A stretch of 64,000 nucleotides of DNA from an uncultured Treponemataceae bacterium. GTDB taxonomy: Bacteria; Spirochaetota; Spirochaetia; Treponematales; Rectinemataceae. The stretch covers positions 2,641 to 66,640 of the forward strand of contig CAZINN010000008.1 of assembly GCA_964540615.1 (NCBI GenBank). The letters are read 5' to 3'. The notes beneath the pieces are model-generated. The model was given only the letters and a program-made list of their open reading frames with translations. It had not been told where the DNA came from and ran no database searches. Every line of letters starts with the position of its first letter. The first letter of the stretch is position 1. Positions 1 through 9,233 of this stretch are shown in pieces. The position numbers were made by a program, and so were the translations under genes.

Positions 1-1
1 G

Positions 2-1183
2 AAGGCCTCGCTCGCCAAGGGGGAAGGCTGGTATATGGCCTTGGGCTGGAGATGGGTCGAACTCGCCTTCGCGAGGGCGGCCAAGGTCGTCGACAGCCAT
101 CCCGAATGGAACTGCAAGCTGATCTACAACGACTTCGGCCTCGATTCACCCGACAAGGCCCGCGTCGTGTACGAAATGGTCAAGGACATCAACGAGCGCT
201 ACGCCGGCTCGCGACCCAAAGGAAAGCCGCTTATCGAAGTGATCGGCATGCAGGCACACTACAACCTCGCCACCAAGGCCTCGGACGTCGAAGCTTCGAT
301 CAAGCTCTTCGCGAGCCTCCCGGGCGTCAAGGTGCACATCACCGAGATGGACATAGGATGCCCGCCCGGAGCCGCGCTCACCAAGGAGACCGAAACCAAC
401 CAGGCTATCAAGTACGCGGAGCTCTTCCAGATATACAAGAAGTACGCCGCAGGCTCCGCCAACACATCGAGCAACCCGAAGGTCATCGAGCGAGTCAGCA
501 TCTGCGGAGTCCGCGACGCGGTCACCGGATGGAGGGCCGGCGAGTATGCCCTCCTCTTCACTTCCGAGGGCCTCGCCAAAGAAGCGCTGGTGGCCGTGCT
601 CGATCCCGACGAGTATCTCGCGACGCACAAGGTCATCGACACGGCGAAGGCCGCTGCCCTGAAGCCCGTCGACGGCGTCTTCGTCTGGGACATGGGCAGG
701 GGGGACGTGTGGACCGGCGCGAACATCATCCTGGGCAACGACGCGTCCAAGTGGCCCTGGTCGACGGCCGGCGAGGACGGCAAGGTCGCGTTCGTCCCCG
801 AAAAGAACGCGATGTACCGGCTCAGCATCAACTACACGGCGATGGGAACGACCGCCATCCGCGTGCGCTGGGTCAAAGACAACACGAACGGCGGCTATAC
901 GAAGGCCGACGGCGTCGACGTCAACAAGTACACCTACGCGGCCGACAAGGTCGCCGTCACGATACCCGCCTACTTCAACAGCGGGATGGTGAATGCAGGA
1001 AGTTATACGCTTGTAACCGAGTTCAAATTGGACGGCGCCCAGCCAGCCGACGGCCTCATCGGCAACATCGCCATCCGCGGCGGCGGCGGCGGGAATGCCT
1101 ACACGATCAACTGGATCAAGATCGAGAAAATCGGCACCGGCGGCGCCGCGGACAAGGTCTTGGTGGAATGGCCCAAAAAGTAG
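2..1183 (+). CDS. glycoside hydrolase family 10 endo-1,4-beta-xylanase, 5' end outside the window, with a C-terminal non-catalytic (CBM-like) module
   Basis: The frame is open from nt 2, upstream of the listed ORF 35..1183. GH10 motifs IGMQAHY and the nucleophile motif HITEMDI are present. A beta-rich C-terminal module of about 170 aa follows. Confidence 0.8.
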   Translation, partial: KASLAKGEGWYMALGWRWVELAFARAAKVVDSHPEWNCKLIYNDFGLDSPDKARVVYEMVKDINERYAGSRPKGKPLIEVIGMQAHYNLATKASDVEASIKLFASLPGVKVHITEMDIGCPPGAALTKETETNQAIKYAELFQIYKKYAAGSANTSSNPKVIERVSICGVRDAVTGWRAGEYALLFTSEGLAKEALVAVLDPDEYLATHKVIDTAKAAALKPVDGVFVWDMGRGDVWTGANIILGNDASKWPWSTAGEDGKVAFVPEKNAMYRLSINYTAMGTTAIRVRWVKDNTNGGYTKADGVDVNKYTYAADKVAVTIPAYFNSGMVNAGSYTLVTEFKLDGAQPADGLIGNIAIRGGGGGNAYTINWIKIEKIGTGGAADKVLVEWPKK

Positions 1184-1209
1184 CTATACAAAGATAAACG
1201 ACTGAACAA

Positions 1210-1240
1210 CAGCCCGCCCAAAAGGCGGGCTGCTTTTTTT
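1210..1240 (+). terminator. rho-independent terminator after the GH10 gene
   Basis: 9-bp perfect stem CAGCCCGCC/GGCGGGCTG with loop CAAAA, followed by C and a T7 run. Confidence 0.8.
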
Positions 1241-1267
1241 CTCGCTTCAGACTAAAATATATGTATC

Positions 1268-2257
1268 ATGATCAGAAACCTCTGGTACGCAGTCCTCGAA
1301 TCCTCGGAACTCAAGCGTAAACCCCTGGGCGTAACGCGCCTCGGCGAGCGCCTCATCTTCTGGCGGGACGACAAAGGTAAACCTGTTTGTCTTTACGACC
1401 GCTGCGCCCACCGCGGCGCATCCTTGTCCCTTGGTGCGCTTGTCGAAGGGCACATCCAATGCCCCTTCCACGGCCTCGAGTACGATTCAAGCGGCCGCTG
1501 CGTCAAGATTCCGGCAAACGGAAAAAACGCAGCTGTACCCCCGCAGTTCAAAATGCGTTCCTATCCGACACACGAAGCATACGGGATCATCTGGATCTGG
1601 TGGGGCGAAAACCCGCCCGCAAATCTCGCCCCGCCTCTCTTTTTCGACGATCTAAAAGACAAGAAAGTATGGAAAACCGTCGTGGACCCCTGGGACAATC
1701 ACTACACGAAGGTTCTCGAAAACCAGCTCGATGTCGTCCACCTACCCTTCGTTCATCGCACAACGATAGGCCGGGGCAACAAAACCCTCGTCGAGGGTCC
1801 GGGCCTCGAATGGAAAAACGACATGATGTTCTTCCACTATGTGTACAACAAGGTCGACGACGGGTCGAAACCGCGCAAACCGAATGAAGTGCCTGTCCCG
1901 GACCCGACACGCGACTACAAACTCGAGTGCATCCTCCCGAATCTATGGGAGAACCGCATCGCCGAAAAAGTCCGCGTACTCGGTATCTTCGTTCCCGTCG
2001 ACGAGACACACACCTTACTCTACCTCCGCTTCTATCAGGACTTCATGCGCATCCCGGGACTCAAGCAATTCATCCTCTGGATGGCATGCCGCTTCAACCT
2101 GATCGTCGCCCACCAGGACAGACGCGTGGTGAACACACAGATTCCGAAGGCCGACGGCATCGGCAAGGGGGAGCTTCTCATCCAGGGCGATCTGCCCATC
2201 ATGGAGTTCCGAAAACGGAGAATCGAACTGAGAAAGGCCGCGGAAAGCGAGCGATAA
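1268..2257 (+). CDS. Rieske [2Fe-2S] non-heme iron oxygenase (short alpha-subunit type)
   Basis: Rieske motif CAHRG...CPFHG. Mononuclear-iron motif NQLDVVHLPFVH (D-x2-H-x4-H). Confidence 0.8.
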   Translation: MIRNLWYAVLESSELKRKPLGVTRLGERLIFWRDDKGKPVCLYDRCAHRGASLSLGALVEGHIQCPFHGLEYDSSGRCVKIPANGKNAAVPPQFKMRSYPTHEAYGIIWIWWGENPPANLAPPLFFDDLKDKKVWKTVVDPWDNHYTKVLENQLDVVHLPFVHRTTIGRGNKTLVEGPGLEWKNDMMFFHYVYNKVDDGSKPRKPNEVPVPDPTRDYKLECILPNLWENRIAEKVRVLGIFVPVDETHTLLYLRFYQDFMRIPGLKQFILWMACRFNLIVAHQDRRVVNTQIPKADGIGKGELLIQGDLPIMEFRKRRIELRKAAESER

Positions 2258-2268
2258 AAGGCGCAACA

Positions 2269-4179
2269 GTGAGCGATCGACGCGACATCCTCGTCGTAGG
2301 CGCGGGGCTGGGGGGACTCACGGCCGCCGCACTTCTGGCAAAACGCGGCCTCGATGTCCTTGTCCTCGAACGGAACGACCGGCCGGGCGGCTCCTGCAGT
2401 GCCTTCCGCCGTCGGGGAGTCACCCTCGACCTCGGAGCGGCCATGCTCTTCGGTTTCGGCGAGAGGGGATTCAACCCTCACCGCTTCGTCATGAACGAGT
2501 TGGAAGAGGAGATCGATGTCTACCGCCACGGGGCTATGTACCGCCTCTGGTACGGGGACAGAGCTGTTGTTTTCTGGCCGGAAACCGAGCGCTTTCTCTT
2601 GGAACTCGATACCCTCTTCCCCGGTTCGGGCGGCAAACTCCGAGCTTTATACCGCGAACTCGAGACATTATATGAAACCCTTGTCTCTGCGAACTCCGTG
2701 TTTTTGTCGCCGAGCGAGACCCCTCCCGCCGAACTAGCACGCGGTTTTTTCAAGCACCCGTTCAACCAGGCCAAGCTTCTCGGCCTCATGTCAAAAAGTG
2801 CCCTGTCGATTATAAAAAAGTATCTCGATGACGAAAGGCTCCTGCGGTTCTTCGACAAACTGACCTCGACCTATTGCTATACCACGCTGGCCGAAACACC
2901 CGCTGTTCTCGCCGTCACCATGTTTATCGAAAACCATGTCGGCGGCAGTTACTATCCAGCCGGCTCGCCCATGATGCTCTCATCCAAACTCGAGAAAGCT
3001 CTCGAGAAATTCGGCGGCTCGATCCGCTATCGCTCAACTGTTTCGCGCATTCTCGTCGATACGTACGGTTCTGCGGGACCCCATGCTGTCGGCGTAGAGC
3101 TCATAACAGGCGAGCGACTCTACGCGCGGGACATCCTATACGGCGGTACCGTACGCAATCTGTACGAGCGTCTTCTGCCGCGCGAGGCGGTCCCGCCCGC
3201 CCTTCTCGAGAAGGTTCTGTCCCTTGAGCCGAGCTTTCCGAGTTCGGTGCTCTATGGCGCGGTCGACGCTCGGGCGATCCCGGCCGATGCCTTTCCCGTC
3301 GAGATGTTGATCGGTAATCCAGATCATATCGACGAAAACGACGTCACCCTCTACATTTCCTCGCTCGAGGACCCGAGCCTCGCGCCGCCCGGCCTCCATT
3401 CCTTCATGCTCATCGGCCCTTCGGCGGGAACCTGGCCCTCCCCCTGGAGTCCGGAATACCAAAGCGAATCCTATCGACGCGCCAAGCTCGAGGAGGCAGA
3501 CCGCATGCTGGGCTTGGTCGAACACCGTTTCCCCGGCTTCCGCGGGGCCCTCGAGTTCAGCGAGCTCGGCACTCCTTCGACCATCGAGCGCTATCTTTTA
3601 AAAAACGGTGGCGCGGTTGCGGGTCCCAAGGCCTGTATGGGGCAGGAACTCATGAACCGTCAAACCGCGAGAACGTTTATTACCGGCCTGTGGGCCTGCG
3701 GCGAATCGACGGTCATGGGTACAGGGACGCCCGCCGTTACGATCTCCGGCATAAGCGCCGCCGATGTTATACTTCGTTCACGTGGTTTGCCCGAATACCG
3801 CAACCATCCGACGGTACGGCACTATGTCCATGTGATCCCACACGGACGGGCCGGCAATCGTCCGAAAGAAGGAATCTTCCCGGCAGCGTCGCGCTGCCAA
3901 TGGTGCGAGGATTCCCCCTGTTCACGGGTCTGCCCTTTGCACATCGACGTTATGGGAATCATGCGGAGGCTCGAGGCCGATAACATTCCCGGAGCGGCAC
4001 GCCGATTGCGCGAGACCGCGGCACCCGGAACGTGCGCCACCTGCCGCGACCGCCCCTGCCGACAAGCCTGCAGACGGGGCGAGATCGACGAGGCTCTTCC
4101 AATAGACACTATTCTTTCTACTCTAGACCGACGCGCCGACGAGATCGCGCAGCGTGTCAGGGCGTCGGAGTCGACTTAA
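2269..4179 (+). CDS. FAD-dependent oxidoreductase of the phytoene-desaturase (CrtI) superfamily with a C-terminal Cys-rich Fe-S domain
   Basis: GTG start 12 nt after the Rieske stop. Dinucleotide fold ILVVGAGLGGLTAAALLAKRGLDVLVLE. C-terminal CQWCEDSPCSRVCP ... CATCRDRPCRQAC, i.e. two C-x2-C-x4-C-x3-C motifs. Confidence 0.7.
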   Translation: MSDRRDILVVGAGLGGLTAAALLAKRGLDVLVLERNDRPGGSCSAFRRRGVTLDLGAAMLFGFGERGFNPHRFVMNELEEEIDVYRHGAMYRLWYGDRAVVFWPETERFLLELDTLFPGSGGKLRALYRELETLYETLVSANSVFLSPSETPPAELARGFFKHPFNQAKLLGLMSKSALSIIKKYLDDERLLRFFDKLTSTYCYTTLAETPAVLAVTMFIENHVGGSYYPAGSPMMLSSKLEKALEKFGGSIRYRSTVSRILVDTYGSAGPHAVGVELITGERLYARDILYGGTVRNLYERLLPREAVPPALLEKVLSLEPSFPSSVLYGAVDARAIPADAFPVEMLIGNPDHIDENDVTLYISSLEDPSLAPPGLHSFMLIGPSAGTWPSPWSPEYQSESYRRAKLEEADRMLGLVEHRFPGFRGALEFSELGTPSTIERYLLKNGGAVAGPKACMGQELMNRQTARTFITGLWACGESTVMGTGTPAVTISGISAADVILRSRGLPEYRNHPTVRHYVHVIPHGRAGNRPKEGIFPAASRCQWCEDSPCSRVCPLHIDVMGIMRRLEADNIPGAARRLRETAAPGTCATCRDRPCRQACRRGEIDEALPIDTILSTLDRRADEIAQRVRASEST

Positions 4180-4185
4180 CACAGA

Positions 4186-5262
4186 CTAAACCTGCTTTTT
4201 CCTCGGTAGAAGCCAGTCCGGCAGAGCGAGCTTGAATCCGCCGCTTCCGCGCAGCCACATGACGCCGCTCTGCAGGACGATGAAAATGCACAGCAACAAT
4301 CCGCTCGCAATAGCTTGGAAGTTCGAGTTCACCCCGGCGGCCCGTATGAGTTCGTTGATTGTGAGAAGCGTCAACGCGCCGACGGGAGAGCCGATCAGAT
4401 TCCCCACCCCGCCTGTAAGCATCGTGCCGCCGATTATGGAACCGGCGATCGCTTTCATTTCGAACCCCGCCGCGTTTCCGACATTGCCGGCCCCAGTCGT
4501 CATAATGAAGACAAAGCCTGCGATGCCGGAAAGCAATCCGCATAACACGTATGAGTAGAATTTCGTTCTCTTTACGTTGATGCCGAGCATAAGCGCGCTT
4601 TGACTGTTGCCGCCGACGGCGTAGAGATTTCGTCCGAAACGCGACCAATGCATTATGACAAATAATATTATTATAAGCACGAAGACGACTATGGCGCCCG
4701 GCTTTATCAAGAGCGGAATGAAATTTCCGAGCCTGTTGGTGGTGCCGAGCCATGGGATCACGATTTCGAAATCCCTCAACCGCACAAACTCCGCCATGGT
4801 CACATTGAGCGGGTCCTTGTGGATGGTCGTTAGAAGGCCGTTTGCCAAGAACATCCCCGCGAGGGTTATTATGAAGGGTTGTATCTCCAGATACGCGATA
4901 AGGAATCCCTGTAAAAGCCCGAAAGCGACTCCTATACCAAGCGCCAGAAGCATCGAACCCTCGACGCTTCCCGTCCCCGATTCCAGGAATACGGCGCAGC
5001 ACATCGTCACAAGACCGGTCACCGCGCCGACCGAAATGTCAATGCCGCCCCCGATCATGACAATGCTCAAACCGAGCGTTACGATAATCAGCGGCGCGTT
5101 CAGGCTGAACAGGTCGAAAAACGTTTGGTACTGCAGAAAACTCCGCGGGTACTGCAGGATGGCGAATGCGTACATCAGCACAAATATGACCGCGGCGATT
5201 GCAAACAGCAGATTCGAGTTGGATAGTCCTTCTTTCCGCTTTATCGTGTTCATTGATTCCAC
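4186..5262 (-). CDS. yjfF: sugar ABC transporter permease (YjfF-like)
   Basis: Polytopic membrane protein with GGGIDISVGAV and IGGTMLTGGVG motifs. It is the fourth gene of an SBP-ATPase-permease-permease operon in the same order as E. coli ytfQRT-yjfF. Confidence 0.75.
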   Translation of the reverse strand: MESMNTIKRKEGLSNSNLLFAIAAVIFVLMYAFAILQYPRSFLQYQTFFDLFSLNAPLIIVTLGLSIVMIGGGIDISVGAVTGLVTMCCAVFLESGTGSVEGSMLLALGIGVAFGLLQGFLIAYLEIQPFIITLAGMFLANGLLTTIHKDPLNVTMAEFVRLRDFEIVIPWLGTTNRLGNFIPLLIKPGAIVVFVLIIILFVIMHWSRFGRNLYAVGGNSQSALMLGINVKRTKFYSYVLCGLLSGIAGFVFIMTTGAGNVGNAAGFEMKAIAGSIIGGTMLTGGVGNLIGSPVGALTLLTINELIRAAGVNSNFQAIASGLLLCIFIVLQSGVMWLRGSGGFKLALPDWLLPRKKQV

Positions 5263-5263
5263 T

Positions 5264-6376
5264 CTACACGTCTTTCTTTTCAGAGCTGCTCATATCTGAG
5301 GCTGCGACTGCTTCAGGTCCACCCGCGGTTTGCATCCGCGCCGCGCCGCCGAACGCCGTTCGCAGCCATTTTACGCCCTTTGCGGCGGCCTCTCTGACCA
5401 CCGGCGACGCTATGACCATGAGTATGATAATGAACACCGCCTTGAACGCTTTTATCGTTTCGGTGTCCACTTCGAGCCGCAGCAAAGTCCGGTTCAGCAC
5501 CTCTATAGTGTAGGCGCCGATAATCGAACCGGTTATGCTGAACTTACCCCCGCCGAGGGCGTTCCCGCCTATCGCAACCGCGAGTATCGCGTCCATTTCG
5601 ACGAACTTAAGCAGATTGACGCTGTCGTGACGACCTGCTTTGGTGACTGCGATGAAACCCGCAACCGCCGTGCATACGCCGAGAATCATATACGTCAGCA
5701 GCTTGATGCCCACCGGATTGATGCCGTTGAGACGTGCTGCTTTTTGATTGTTCCCCACGGCCTGGGAATACAACTTGAGATTCGTTGTTTTGAGAAAAAC
5801 CGCAAACAAGGCGATAAAAACCGCGGTTAGAATAATCGGTGTTTGTATGGGGATCCCCGGTATTACACTGCCGATCTGGCTTGTGAGGTCGTTCGCGAGT
5901 ATGGGAGACAATCTGCCGTCGATCAGGAATGCTATGGATCTCCCCCCGGTGAACAGAATGAGCGTCGCGACCATCGGCTGAACATTGAATATCGCAACCA
6001 GCGTTCCGTTGAAGGCTCCGATGACGATCCCAACCACGCAGCTTGCGAGGAAAGCAAGCAGTATGGTCATCCAGGTGATCTGCCCCGCGCTCAAAACCAC
6101 TCGGACAAACACGCTGGAGGTTATCGCGGCCGCCACGCCTACGCTGATGTCCTGACCGCCCGAAGAAGAGGTGACCAGGGTCATCCCGATCGCAAGAATC
6201 ACCAGCTCGGACGCGCCGAACAAAATGTTCGGAATGTTGCCGTACAGCGCCCCGTTGATAATCGTTATACTAAAATAATCAGCGCCCTTGATCAAATTGA
6301 TTAAAATCAGGATCGCCAGGACGGACAAGGGGAGGAACAACTGAAGTCCGTGTGTCTTTGCTCCGGCCGTATTCAA
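5264..6376 (-). CDS. ytfT: sugar ABC transporter permease (YtfT-like)
   Basis: RbsC-type polytopic permease. 4-nt overlap with the upstream ATPase stop. Confidence 0.75.
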   Translation of the reverse strand: MNTAGAKTHGLQLFLPLSVLAILILINLIKGADYFSITIINGALYGNIPNILFGASELVILAIGMTLVTSSSGGQDISVGVAAAITSSVFVRVVLSAGQITWMTILLAFLASCVVGIVIGAFNGTLVAIFNVQPMVATLILFTGGRSIAFLIDGRLSPILANDLTSQIGSVIPGIPIQTPIILTAVFIALFAVFLKTTNLKLYSQAVGNNQKAARLNGINPVGIKLLTYMILGVCTAVAGFIAVTKAGRHDSVNLLKFVEMDAILAVAIGGNALGGGKFSITGSIIGAYTIEVLNRTLLRLEVDTETIKAFKAVFIIILMVIASPVVREAAAKGVKWLRTAFGGAARMQTAGGPEAVAASDMSSSEKKDV

Positions 6377-7968
6377 TTGCGTCCCCCGGCGATTACGTGC
6401 ATGACATCGCCTTCCGTCAAGTTTTCTCCGCTGAGCTCGCCCACAATCGCGCGGTCCCTCATGACTATCAAACGCGAGCAGGTGCGAAGCATTTCCTCGA
6501 TTTCTGAAGATATAAACGTCACACTGACTCCATCTTCGGCGAGTTTGAGAACTTGTTTCTGAATCTCAACCTTGGTGCCGACATCGATCCCGCGGGTGGG
6601 TTCATCGAGAATAAGATACTGGGGGTGCGTCAGCAGCCAGCGGCCGAGAATCACTTTCTGCTGGTTTCCGCCGGAAAGAGACTTGATGGGCGTGTTTGTG
6701 GAGGCCGTCTTGATGTTCAGGGCTTTGATGTACTCGTCGGCGAAGGCCTCCGCCTCTTTCCGCGAAAATGGTCTGAAAAAACCTTTAAGAACCTGAAGGG
6801 CTAGAATAATATTATCGCGCACGGAAAGATCGGGGATGATGCCGTCGCCCTTGCGGTCCTCGGGGAGATAGCCAATTCCCAGTCTCATGGCGTGTATCGG
6901 CTCGGCGATTTTCACCTTCTTCCCGTTCATCTTGGTGTGGCCGCCGGTCACCTTGTCCGCGGCGTATATCGCACGGACGCTCTCGCTGCGTCCGGAACCG
7001 AGGAGCCCGGCGAATCCGTTCACCTCGCCTTTTTGTATAGAAAAGTCAAAGGGCTTAACTCCTTCCGTGCTTGAAAGTCCCTTGGCTTCGAAAACAGGCT
7101 CTCCGCTTTTTTGCTCTCTGCTTTTGTGCTTCTTTATTTTTGAAACGTCATCGAGCGCCTTCCCCATCATTTTGGCGACAAGTTCGAACTGGGGAAGCGA
7201 AGACGCTTCATACTCGCCAATAAACTCGCCGTTTCGCAGAACGGTTATTCTATCGCTGATCTCGTAGACCTGATCCAGAAAGTGAGTGACAAAAACGATA
7301 CCCACGCCCCGAGCCTTCAGTTCCCGCATGAGCGTAAACAGTTTCTGTACTTCCTCTTCATCCAACGAGGAGGTCGGCTCGTCCAGAATAAGGATCTTGC
7401 AGTTCATATCGATGGCCCGGGCGATCGCGATCATCTGCTGGACGGCGATCGAGCAGTTCGAAAGCTGCTCTGTGGGACTTGCCGGGATGCCGAACGAATC
7501 GAGGAGTTCCTTTGTCTTTTCTTTCATTCGTTTCCAATTGACAAAGGCGTAACGGCCCCGGCCTATGAACATGTTTTCCGCGACTGTCAGATTCGGACAG
7601 AGCATTATTTCCTGATAGACGGTTCCGACACCGAAATTCTGCGCGTCCTGGGGTGACCTGAAATGCATGCCCTTCCCATCAACCTTTATTGTCCCGGCGT
7701 CTTTTTCGTAGACTCCGGTCATCACCTTTATCAACGTGGACTTTCCCGCTCCGTTTTCGCCCATAAGGGCGTGAACCTCGCCCTTTCTAAGCGTAAAACT
7801 CACGTTGTGAAGCGCCCTGACTCCTGGGAACGATTTGCATATCCCCCGCATTTCCAGCACGTTCTGCGTTTGCAATTGCGACTCCCCCGGCGCATTGTAC
7901 ACAAGAATCGCGGTGCGGCGTACCGGATTTTTCCGAACGGAAATTCCCGAACGCCGCACCGCGCGCAT
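6373..7968 (-). CDS. ytfR: sugar ABC transporter ATP-binding protein with two ABC domains (YtfR-like)
   Basis: Walker A GENGAGKST, LSGGNQQK signature, FVTHFLDQVYEISDRITVLRNG closely resembles E. coli YtfR as I recall it. The true start may be TTG at 7875 (GGGGAG lies 6 nt upstream), giving MQTQNVLEMRGICKSF. Confidence 0.85.
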   Translation of the reverse strand: MRAVRRSGISVRKNPVRRTAILVYNAPGESQLQTQNVLEMRGICKSFPGVRALHNVSFTLRKGEVHALMGENGAGKSTLIKVMTGVYEKDAGTIKVDGKGMHFRSPQDAQNFGVGTVYQEIMLCPNLTVAENMFIGRGRYAFVNWKRMKEKTKELLDSFGIPASPTEQLSNCSIAVQQMIAIARAIDMNCKILILDEPTSSLDEEEVQKLFTLMRELKARGVGIVFVTHFLDQVYEISDRITVLRNGEFIGEYEASSLPQFELVAKMMGKALDDVSKIKKHKSREQKSGEPVFEAKGLSSTEGVKPFDFSIQKGEVNGFAGLLGSGRSESVRAIYAADKVTGGHTKMNGKKVKIAEPIHAMRLGIGYLPEDRKGDGIIPDLSVRDNIILALQVLKGFFRPFSRKEAEAFADEYIKALNIKTASTNTPIKSLSGGNQQKVILGRWLLTHPQYLILDEPTRGIDVGTKVEIQKQVLKLAEDGVSVTFISSEIEEMLRTCSRLIVMRDRAIVGELSGENLTEGDVMHVIAGGRN

Positions 7969-7997
7969 GTCTCAACGGATTCCGGAACAGTAGAACC

Positions 7998-9005
7998 TTA
8001 CTTCGTGATCACGCCCTTTCCGGGATCGGCGTTGATTCCCATCTTGAGAATAAGATCGTCAGTGATTGTAGCGGTGTCGGCGTAGATTTCCTTCTGGTAC
8101 ACGATTCCGCTGGGGGCCTTCTTGCCGGACTCGATAGCCTTGATCCAGCCGGAAATCTCGGCCGCCTGGCGGGGGCTGCACTGGACGTCGCAGTCCCAGT
8201 AGCCGGCCTGGACATTGCGCAGCGCGAAGCGGTTGAAATCGAAGCCGATGATCTTGACCTTGCCGTTCTTCCCATGGGAAATACCGGCCGCGTCGAGAGC
8301 CTGAACCGCGCCCTGAGCCATACCGTCGTTCTCCGCATAGATAACGTTGAAATCCTTACCTGCGGTTATTGCGGCCTCGACCACCTTGCGGGCCTCTTCG
8401 AGACTCCAGCTGTCCCCTCCGGTACCGTCGGCCACGATCTTGAGCTTGCCGGCATCGCGGGCCTTGAGCAGCGCGCCCGAGCGGCCGAGCTCGGCCGCGG
8501 AACCCAGCTGACCGCGGATGAGGATCACGTTGTACTTCGACAGCTTCTGCTTCAAAAGCCAATTAACCGCGGTTTCCCCCTCGGCGGCCATATCAGAAAC
8601 GAGGGCTGCCTGATAGTTCGAGGGATCCGTTTGGATAAGTCGGTCGAAAAGGAAGACCGTCACGCCGGCCTTTTTCGCGGATTGCAGCACGTTGTCCCAG
8701 CCGGACGCGTTCGCCGCCGAAATCAGCAGATAGTCCACGCCGTCGCGGATATAGCCCTGCGCAGCAGCGATCTGCTCGCTGTTGTCGCCGGTGTTGGTCT
8801 GCTTCGCGTCATAGCCGTTGGCCTTCGAGAAGACATTGTTCATGTCCTCGACGTTGGCCTGGCGGTAGCCGGATTCCTCGGGCGGCAGGTTCACAATGCC
8901 TACCTTGATCAACGAACCCTTGGCTGAAGCCTGCGCGCTTACAAGGCCGGTCATCGCCAACAACAGCACGAAAACCGTCAATACTGTCTTCGCTCGAAAT
9001 GTCAT
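7998..9005 (-). CDS. sugar ABC transporter periplasmic substrate-binding protein (PBP type I)
   Basis: Signal peptide MTFRAKTVLTVFVLLLAMTGLVSAQASA. GGAGG lies 6 nt before the ATG. Sequence is RbsB/YtfQ-type. Confidence 0.85.
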   Translation of the reverse strand: MTFRAKTVLTVFVLLLAMTGLVSAQASAKGSLIKVGIVNLPPEESGYRQANVEDMNNVFSKANGYDAKQTNTGDNSEQIAAAQGYIRDGVDYLLISAANASGWDNVLQSAKKAGVTVFLFDRLIQTDPSNYQAALVSDMAAEGETAVNWLLKQKLSKYNVILIRGQLGSAAELGRSGALLKARDAGKLKIVADGTGGDSWSLEEARKVVEAAITAGKDFNVIYAENDGMAQGAVQALDAAGISHGKNGKVKIIGFDFNRFALRNVQAGYWDCDVQCSPRQAAEISGWIKAIESGKKAPSGIVYQKEIYADTATITDDLILKMGINADPGKGVITK

Positions 9006-9081
9006 CCCATACCTCCGTTTACTCGAAACCCCACATTTTCAGGCGGCGACGCCGCGCAATGAACAAAGCGGATTTACGCAG

Positions 9082-9095
9082 CGTGTACGTACACG
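9082..9095. promoter_or_regulatory. 14-bp perfect palindrome CGTGTACGTACACG, candidate operator upstream of the ABC transporter operon
   Basis: Lies 77-90 nt upstream of the ATG at 9005. An identical 14-mer is at 14194-14207. Confidence 0.5.
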
Positions 9096-9233
9096 GAAGC
9101 AGTCATCCTTAGCCGCATTGCCTGCCCACCCCACGTAAAGTCCGTGAGCGTATATTTCAAACCCGTTTTTGAAAACGCGCTTTAGACAAAACGGCTTTTT
9201 TTGGCACTTTTCGAAACGCAAACTTCGACATCC

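Noticed and set aside
1927-2268. N-terminal 114-codon extension of the flavoprotein ORF overlapping the Rieske gene.
   Set aside because: The extension is an Arg/Pro-rich off-frame reading of the Rieske gene. The FAD-binding fold begins right after GTG 2269.
4180-4185. Absence of any terminator between the convergent flavoprotein and permease genes (6-nt gap). Similar tight or overlapping convergent ends at 27783-27794, 53766-53775 and 24652-24662.
   Set aside because: I noted this as a compact-genome feature only. No structure is present to interpret.
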